From NCBI GenBank assembly GCA_023213395.1, contig CM041465.1:151039741-151103740 (forward strand): a stretch of DNA of 64,000 bases, read 5' to 3'. The DNA is from Cycas panzhihuaensis. Its lineage: Eukaryota > Plantae > Cycadophyta. The stretch's first letter is position 1. Every line of letters begins with the position of its first letter. Positions 55,880 to 64,000 of the stretch are shown here, in pieces. The position numbers and the translations under genes are program-made. The notes under the pieces were generated by a model that saw only the letters and a program-made list of their open reading frames with translations, did no database searches and was not told the origin of the DNA.

Positions 55880-57442
55880 GGAACGTCGGTGGAACTTCCC
55901 ATTCACCATCACCATCGATACGCCTAATTCTTCAAGAACTGTTGTCGACAACGGTTCTTGGTCAATCTCATGCCCTTGCATGTCATGCAAGAGCTTGGTA
56001 TTTCTGCCTTGGAACCCGTTCCCTGGCGATGCCAAGGGTATGACGGTAGCGAGAAGACCCCTTTGGGATGCATCGTGATTCCGCTTACCCTTGAGGGTAA
56101 GACCGTTCTTGCCGACGTTGTAGTCCTTGACGTTGATGTGGATTACAACCTCCTTCTAGGTCGTCCATGGCTCGATCAAATGGGAGCCGTGTGCTCGACC
56201 CTTTGGGGACAACTTAAATTCGTCCATGACGGACAAATGAGAGTGATCCCCCGCGAACGCCTTTTTACTAAACAAACTCGCTCTACCGATTCAAAGAAAC
56301 CTGTGTTCGTCCACTCATGCCTCAGCTTGCTCTATTGGGATACCTGATCCGTCCGAAGAAGACCCCGCATCTTCTCCTCCTAGTCTCACGCGGTTCGCCC
56401 CTATTGGCGTTGGGAGTTACGGGTACCTTGCTTCGTTCAGCGATGATGAGTCGCTCGACGAAGACGAGGATTGTCCTCACCCCGTCTCTTTCCTTCGCGC
56501 CAATAGGTCGCACCTGCCTTGTTCTAGATCCCCGTCTAGAACCTCTCTCGTTGGTGAGGCTAGCCCCTCGTGCGTGTCACACGTCATCGCTCGTGTTGAC
56601 CCGCCTGTCGCCAGTTCTCCTTTTTCATTACCCCCCGTAGGTAATGGTTTTGAGGAATTGCCTTTCGCTCCTTCCGAGGGGCACCTTTCTGTTTTTCCTT
56701 CAGATTTCTGTGAGGAAGCTGAGCAACCCGACGGTCATCGCGGTCCTGTTGCTCTCACTCCCTCCGGCGCTTCTCCTACTCGAAGTAAGGTCATCCATGG
56801 GGTGGATTATTTCGAGGACGATGAAGCCCTGCTCGAGCATCTAGCAGGCCTTGCGCCTAACCTGCCTTCTGGTCACCACCGGCTTGGTCACCAGAAGATC
56901 CTTGCGATCGGATCCACGCTTGCTGATCCGATCCCGTCTCCTATTCCTCTGCCTCCCGTTGATCTTGCCCCTCTCCACTTCGAGGAGGGCAACGCCATGT
57001 GCATGGGGGCAACCCAGGATGTAGTCTTGGCCCCGAGCAAGGTCATTAAGGTTGGGTTGGAATGCTCTCCTGCTGAGGTAAGGGAATACTCCCTTCTGTT
57101 CCAGGAGTTTCGAGACATTTTTGCGTGGGATTATGCTGACATGAAGGGAATCGACCCCTCGATTGTCACTCATAACCTCACCACCCTTCCTGGCGCCCTG
57201 TATGCCGGTAGCGTCCCCTTCACCCGAAGCTCTCTGCCGCCGTCAAGATGGAGGTAGAGAAGCTTCTGGATGTTGGGCTCATTACTTCCATTGACCGTTT
57301 GACCAAATTCAAACCCCGATGGGTTGGTCCTTTTGTCATTATCGAATCCCTCGATAATGGTGCTTACAGGATAGCCACCCTGGAAGGGCTCGAATTTGAG
57401 AAAGACGTTAATGGAATGTTCCTTAAGAAGTTTTATACATGA
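55880..57442 (+). pseudogene. pol: Internally deleted pol: aspartic protease and RT entry fused to the integrase C-terminus
   Basis: VVDNGS at about 55940-55958; YNLLLGRPWL; FRDIFAWDYADMKGIDPSIVTHNL; EVEKLLDVGLITSID joined directly to KFKPRWVGPF...VNGMFLKKFYT*. Confidence 0.92.
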
Positions 57443-58115
57443 TCCCTCGGCGATCCCTTCGCCTTGCTCCGAAATGAGCCTAAACTACCATCTTAGGTTG
57501 TCCCCATTCTTCCTAACCACGGGTAGAGTGGCAATTTAAGATGGACTCCTTCTTCCTCTTTTCGGTTCCTTCTGCAGAACCCGCGTTCCCGTATTCTCTT
57601 GGGAACCCTTGTGTCGTCTTGCTTGGGCATCCCCCAATCAGGAAGATACTTGGGGGCATCGTTGCCCCCCTTTCCTGCCCGTCGTTTCCTTCGCATATCC
57701 CGCTATGCTCTCCTGTAGACATGTATGCCGTCCTGCTCCCTAACCTCACACTTCTATGTCGTCCCGCTCACGGCGTGTGTGTGCGCCCCTGTTAGGCATG
57801 TGGTCGTACATGGGAGGAAACGTGTGCATCATATAACAAAATATCCATAACATAAAACATCTGCAACATAACATTCACAATACACAAAAATAAATATACA
57901 TATCATCCACACATGATACATCATGCACAGCATCTCATATCCAAATGGGGTTCCAATCACCCCATGCATATATATATACATATCAAAAAATCATGTCATC
58001 ATACATCCTGGGAAGCCGGCGTCCTTGCAGGGGGGGTATAATCATATGGCCCTATATATGACCCCCTGGAGGCCTGTGCTTTCCCCTGTCAAAACTGCAT
58101 ATACATGACCTACTC

Positions 58116-60121
58116 CTATGGCCCCGCTCTTGGGGTGCCATATCCCAGTCTCTGTGATCCCTCTCCTGGGGACCACATGCCTCCGAGGCTCCTCCACAGG
58201 CCTCCGCGAGCTTGCCTCGCTCTCCTCATCCCTAGGTCGTCTCGGTGCGTCGCCGCCGTGTGGGTCCGTGTCTGCTCGGCCGACCTCGAGACCATCTGTG
58301 CTACTAGCTGATCGTATCTGGCCTGGATACGATCCCGCTCTCCCCGGAATACCTCCTCTGTCATCCTGAGATGCTCTGTGACGATTATCAGCTGGGTCCT
58401 ACTCTCGCTATCTCCGCATGCACCACCCTGTGCCTCTAGAGTCTGGACGTCCCTCATGACTCGTCTCTCTCGCGTCGCGCGTCATCCCTCTCGCGCCTCG
58501 CGTCGTCTCTCTCCTGCTGCAGTCGTCCCTAGGATGTGGCATGCTCTTGGGACTCTGTAGCCCATATGTCCCTCGCCCTCACCATCGGGGCGAACGCCTC
58601 TCTGTGGGCTCCTACCGCTCTAGGCTCATCACCTGCCTGGATGGGCGGTTGCCCCTCTGCATACACTTGAGGGAATATCTCCCTCGCCACAGCCTCTATC
58701 AGTCTCCTGATCTCTGTTGTACCTGCCAATGCAACAGGCCATGTGTCAGTCTATATACCATGATCAAACCAAACCAAACATCTGTCTGGATGCTAAATGA
58801 CTTTGGAAAAGGTTGGCTCTCACTGTGGGTCGCTCGATCCTCCTGGCCATGCAGATCCTCTCCTCCTGGCTCTCCGCCAGCTGTAAGTGCCTCATCTTTG
58901 GGCACCTCCTCTGCCTGGGTCCCTCTCCTCGTGGGGGTGGCCCCAGCTCTCGTCCCTATGGATCCCATCGTGATTCGTAGCCTGCGGGCCCTAGTCACGG
59001 GTCCTCTGACCTCGCCCTGCGCTCCTGATGGGCCTGCCTCTCCTCTGGCAACCCTGGATGGACCCTTTGCCCGTCCTGCTGTCCCTGAAGGACCTGCCTC
59101 CCCTGCAGGTCATGACGGGCTGGCCCCGCTGTCTCCACTATCTCCATCATCCCCGTCGTCACTGTTGTCATCTCCCGCGGGCACTCCTGCTCTGCCCGCC
59201 TCATCGTCACTATCCCACCTCATCGTCCTGTAAGGCTCAGCTATGTAGTCTGGGAGGGTGAGGAGGTCTAGTGATGTCGCCTCCACCGATCGTCGGCGTG
59301 GGCTCACCCTCTGTCCCCTCGCCGAGTCTCGCCATCCGTGGACCATCGGGGCTGATCCGTGATAGGGTGAGGTCCTCACTGGTGCTGCCAAGTGATCAAA
59401 ATACCAACACCAGAATAACGATTGTCAGATGATAGTCCTCCTCTGCCAGACGTCCTGATAGTGTCCAGCTGTGCGACTAGGTTCGCCGCTATCAGGGCTG
59501 CCCAGTCCATCCTCTCACCGGCTTCGCAGCGATGAACTGCATCCATCCATCCTCCTGGAATCTCTCTATAATTCTGCTTCCGGGAAATCTGGAACAGAAT
59601 GCACAGTGTGATCATCTTCCTCACTCGAGGAATCCCGGATAATAGAACTGCGGAGGGTGCTCCTCCGATCCCACCTGCTAGCTCACGTGAAGAACAGGCG
59701 CCTCCTGTTGCCTCGGTCTTTGGCGGCGTCTCGAGTCTCACCGGCCTCCCGTCACGGAACTCCCAGTATTCGCTGGATATCCCTCGGCGTGACCATCACA
59801 TCCCCCACCTGTGGTAGGTGGAACGCATGCCTCCTCCGGTCCCAATGGGACACTATATCCACCAACAGCCTCTGGTCTGATGTGTACTGAGGTGTCTTGA
59901 GGGCCTTGTACAGGCCATACCTCTCCAGCATGTCCCTATCCTCCTGAGTCATCATCTCCATGTAACTCAGCATAGCCATACCAACATTCTCGCGGTTATC
60001 TATCGCGAGGACAGCCTGTTCACACCAAAAACACCTCAAGTTAGTCTCATGTTAGCTATTGTTACATCTCTCTCTCTCAAATCTCACTCTGCCTGAGATT
60101 TGGGGCTCTTTTGGCCCCCAT
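58116..60121 (-). CDS. Antisense, spliced Plant Mobile Domain (PF10536-like) protein with acidic linker and C-terminal coiled coil; currently frameshifted
   Basis: PMD motifs DQRLLVDIVSHWDRRRHAFHLPQVGDVMVTPRDIQRILGVP, ERMDWAALIAANLVAQL, GVGILITW and LDLLTLPDYIAEPY. GT-AG introns at 60016-60087 and 58723-58823; the latter is phase-compatible. The 3' end is approximate. Confidence 0.8.
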
Positions 60122-60672
60122 GTCTATTTTTTTGCCTTGCTTGTCGTCTGGCGCCAAACTTAGCGGTACCGCTAAGTTTGGCACGGGTCCCGCGGCGATT
60201 CAGGGCCCGCGGTAATGATTGGGGCACCGCGATCATTGCCACAGTCTGACAGCGACCCCCTAAAGGGGTTTTCCGCCCAAACCAAAAATTTCTTCTGGTG
60301 GACCCCGTGGGGCCCACCGGGACCAGGGCTCCCTAATGCCCAGGTCCCCGCCTCTTTCTGGGTCTGATTCGGATCCCGGGAAGCCTGTCGTTGCCCATAA
60401 GGGGCACTAAGACTATGCAAAACTAACTTTAAAAGCTATAAAAAACAACGAACTTTGAACTTCGATTTGGGTCAGGTTTAGTGATTTCCACTCACTGGAT
60501 CTGGTCTCGCTATCGCCATGTCGTCTGGTCGTCTTTGGTGTCCCGCTCTCGATCCGACTACCGATCTCTCTTTGTGTGCCTCCGAAGTTGGGTGGCGCTC
60601 CGCTGCATAAGGAAATGGCTCTGGTTTCGTACGAGAGCCGGTGAAAATGAATCCATTTTCCCGTCGATTTCC

Positions 60673-60679
60673 TTATATA
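60673..60679 (-). promoter_or_regulatory. Candidate TATA box for the antisense PMD gene
   Basis: Minus-strand CTATATAAGG upstream of a GTGAGT...TTTTGCATAG candidate 5'-UTR intron (60413-60495). Confidence 0.4.
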
Positions 60680-61195
60680 GGCGGGGCCCCCGACGAGCAC
60701 TTCCTCTGTTTTTGGTTTCGTGCCAGTCGTTGGGACCCTCTCGTTGCCCCGAGTACCTTTGCCTTCTGGCCCTGTCGTCAATTGCGCTATATTGGTACCC
60801 TTTTTGCCCTTCGGCAAGGGCATTTATGGTGCATCATCATCGCGCTTTCGAGAGGGCCCCTCTGCATCATTTTGTGCGCTACTCCCGTGCCTGCCCGAGT
60901 TTATACTCGTTTGGCTCGTTTCGCCGCCCTGGAATCATTTACGCAGTCCTTTCTCGCTCTTGGAGTCCCCAAAAGGAATGCCCCCCCACTCGGGGGCATG
61001 TTTCGCTTTCTAAAAGCGACCTTTTGGCACTCCAAGGGGTTTTTTCCCGTCCGACCGCTCTCCGCCGGTGATCGGATTGTTCCGCTCCTACAGGTTACCT
61101 CATTACTAGGTCCTCCTACCATTCACGGCCATTTTCTGCTAACTTGTTGTGCGTTGCTTTCATCACCCATTGATTGCTTGGATTTTGTGTCGCCG

Positions 61196-61613
61196 ATGTC
61201 TGTCTACATCTTTACCGACGGCGGAAGCCGCGGTAATCCTGGACCTTCTGCCGCTGCGTGGATCCTCCGCAGCCCTTCTGGACATGATCTCCTCCGCTCT
61301 GGGATCTTCCTCCCAGAGGCTACCAACAACGAAGCCGAGTATGTAGCCATTATTGAAGCCCTCACTGATGCCCTCTGTTTCCATCACGGACCCATTGTTT
61401 TGCTTTGCGACTCTCAAGTTGTGGTGTCTCATCTCACCCAGGTTTACCAGGTGCGATGCCCTCACTTGAGGACTCTTGCTCACGCCGGATCTCTTGGCCC
61501 GCTTTTCTTCTGTCGATATCCAGCATATCCCTCGGGCCCTCAACGCTGAGGCAGATAGCCTCGTTCGCCTCATCCTTGAGCGCCACCTCTCCCTTCTTGC
61601 TGACCGTCCCTGA
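61196..61613 (+). CDS. Stand-alone archaeal-type RNase HI (aRH), with one frameshift at ~61480-61505
   Basis: MSVYIFTDGGSRGNPGPSAAAW..ATNNEAEY.A...L..DSQVV... then QHIPRALNAEADSL. The D-E-D-D catalytic set is present, with the Arg of HIPR typical of aRH. Confidence 0.9.
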
Positions 61614-62016
61614 GGTTTGCCTGGCCTTCCCGTCGCCCAAGCCCCAGGTCGTCTGTCACTTTGCTTTGCGATCCGTTCGCACCTCCGAAACCGGGTTACT
61701 AATGAGGTAAAACTATAGTATCCACTATTTGTTCTTTATTTAGCTATGCATGTTCCTTTGCATCCTTTGTGGTGGAGGCAGCCCCCTCACATGTCTCATT
61801 CTTCCAGTCGGTTTCCAGGTGGCCCATAGGCAGCCCCTATGTTATCTCCACTGCCGCTTTCGTATCCACACGTCCCGCCATGACACTCGCCGGCACCCTT
61901 ACCTACTGTTATGATCTTGATTGATATATCTATATACACATGTGCTACTGACAGTTATGTTGCCAGCATTTGCCATCGCACCAGGCTTCCGAGCGGCGAG
62001 GCTCTGCGCGAGGCGA

Positions 62017-64000
62017 TGTTTCCGGCTTCGAGGAATGGATACGAATCAAACTCGAGTAAGTGCAGGTATGTCTCTCGCATTATCATCGCTTTCTTTTACT
62101 GGATATTTGCTTGCGTATCTGCATGTGTATGACTTTGTGGGTGACCTTGTAGTCATCCACACTTATTTTAGCCTATGACGACTATAACAGGGGCACACTC
62201 CCAGCGAGTGTAGCACCCTAGTGACCGTATTACTTCCCGCATTTGCCCTCCTCGCTCCAGGATCCATTAGATTTGCGCCACCTCTGCCCGTGTGATGACT
62301 CATCATCGTTTGGTCAACTTGTCACCCCACTCGAGCCCTATTTTTGCTCCTTTGGACTCGTTTTGTTGACCTGTTTGCTCCCGGGTAGGTGTTTTAGCGT
62401 TATGTTAGCCTTTTTCGTAAATGCCCCGCCTCAACTGACTGGTTGGTGGGCCCCATTTTCAGCTCTAGGTTCGTACCGCCGGATTTTTCGCAGATCACGA
62501 ATATTCGCAGCATCGCGAATATTCGTGACTCTGACATCTCGAGTTGTTTAAAAATCCGCCGTGGCAATTTCGCATTTATTACGAAACTGCCACGTGGCTC
62601 GCGCTTTATTTCTCTTCCAGCTATGCCCTAATCACACGCTTTAGGGTTTTGCTTGAGTACTTAAGCCCTTTTTGGCTCATTTTCAAGGATCTTTTTGCTC
62701 ACTTTTGGAATTGCTCTCAAGGAAACACTCTCCTGCTCTACTTCTCTCTGCTGTTTGCTGCATCAACTGGACCTGCACCCTTCATACAGTGCCCAGCTCT
62801 CTTTTGGCGTGGCTGAGACATTCTCCCAGCCCCTCAAACGCTTTGGAGAGGGCTCCTTTAAAGTGGTTTCCAGCCGGTCTTCGCCCAGGCAGTCCATAAG
62901 CGCCCAAGTGTTTCCCGTCACACCTCCGTAGCAGGGCCTCAAACCTGCTCTACTTCAGATCTGGGTTGATTTATCAGTCCCTCTCCGCTGCCCTTTGGCT
63001 GAGGCAAATCCCTTGCCTCTTCTCTCTAGGTATTCCTTGTTTATGCTTGTTTTCTTGTGATATTCATGCTTCAGCTTGTTTGCTCTTATTTATTGCTTGA
63101 GAGTTGGTTGCCCTCCTTTTTGGGGGCTGTTATACCACTCTCCCTGTGCTCCTTGCCTGCGTTTGCTGTCCAAGGCAGCGGTGTGGAGGGGTTGCATAGG
63201 TTTTGGAGAGGAGCTGGGTGGATTCCGTATCACCTTCCACGCTCCCTAGGCAGCTCTAAGCCCCCCAAAACCTCCCTCTCACCCCGTCTTGCCGCCTTGG
63301 CTTGCAAGGGTTTGAAGGCTCCTTTGGTTGCCCAAACCGGTACTGTCACAAGTTGCGATCTTGATTTGGAACCTTTTGCTCAGGTTTGGGCATCACTCAT
63401 AAGTCCCAACCGTTGGTTTCTTACTCCACCTTTCTTCCCCGGGTCATCCGGTTTGCTCCTCATAGCATCTCGGTTCGCCGTGGGTACCCTTGGGCCTTTC
63501 TTTGCCCCTTTTGCTGCTATTTTCCAGCCCTTGCTCTTGGCCTTCCCCTCGCTGCCTCGTGGCTCTTGGGGGGAGGTTTGGGCAGCATTTGTAGGAGGTA
63601 GGCCACTCCGAGGCTTACCCAACCATTTACTTTCACTTTGGTCACTTTCTTTTGATACTTTCATTGTTGGATTAGCACTAACGCATGTATATCCAAATTC
63701 TCGTTTATGTTATTTAGGCGTATATTGTTAGAGTTTTTGTGTTGCATGTTAGTGCTCTTCCTTCTGAAGAGAAAGAGATCGCCACCGCTTGCGGTACTTG
63801 GGAAGCGTGGAGTGCATCGCCTGGGCCTAGCTACCCAGAAGCACCTTCATGTGCGTTATGTTTTCATGCTATTTCATTTCTTAGTTGGTGCTTCCTTTCT
63901 TTCTTGGTATTGCATTTGATTTTTCGGGGAAGGTAAGGAAGCCCCCTCTTCGTCCGCCGCAAAGAATCGTGATTCAAGATCGTCAGGAGTGGTTGGGCGC
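62017..64000 (+). repeat. 3' LTR of the Tat element (incomplete, window end)
   Basis: Direct repeat of 50403 to about 52405. Confidence 0.95.

Larger units (their letters stand above)
50403..64000 (+). mobile_element. Young GC-rich Ty3/Gypsy Tat-type LTR retrotransposon, non-autonomous deletion derivative (runs off the window)
   Basis: Two LTR copies over 2 kb, both starting TGTTTCC (50403 and 62017); Retrotrans_gag domain; CX2HX4HX4C knuckle; DNGS protease; RT-entry/integrase-end fusion; additional RNase H. Confidence 0.95.

Noticed and set aside
58541-59233. 230-aa plus-strand ORF
   Set aside because: It is the antisense shadow of the GC-rich, low-complexity part of the PMD gene.
60437-60445. 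Plus-strand TATA box (TATAAAAAA) for aRH
   Set aside because: Better explained as the U-rich tract of the minus-strand intron 60413-60495; not fully excluded.
60641-61549. A 302-aa protein, or a horizontally acquired bacterial/archaeal rnhA
   Set aside because: Only the part from 61196 is RNase H-like. The upstream extension has no recognisable features, and aRH is a known Tat-lineage domain lying between two LTRs.

Overview
This is repeat-saturated plant intergenic DNA with no recognisable host gene. The host is probably a large-genome gymnosperm; that is an inference from the Copia gag N-terminus and the Tat domain order. Positions 1-50402 are an AT-rich pile of old, nested LTR retrotransposons decayed by C>T/G>A mutation: two Ty1/Copia elements, four chromovirus-type Ty3/Gypsy elements and related non-autonomous elements, plus large (AT)n microsatellites. 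Part of this pile occurs twice as a direct segmental duplication about 43.5 kb apart (156-6959 vs 42362-50402). Positions 50403-64000 are a much younger, GC-rich Ty3/Gypsy Tat-type element with LTRs over 2 kb. It keeps Gag and protease but has lost RT/RNase H/integrase through an in-frame deletion. Its 3' region carries a divergent gene pair: an intron-containing antisense Plant Mobile Domain (PMD) gene and a stand-alone archaeal-type RNase H. The most unusual object is a 652-bp palindromic insertion at 9708-10359. It has a 5-bp TSD, TG..CA ends, 17-bp 'micro-LTRs', back-to-back tRNA-iMet primer-binding sites and Pol III B-box motifs, and looks like an inverted dimer of an ultra-minimal LTR retroelement. 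All alignments and translations were done by eye.
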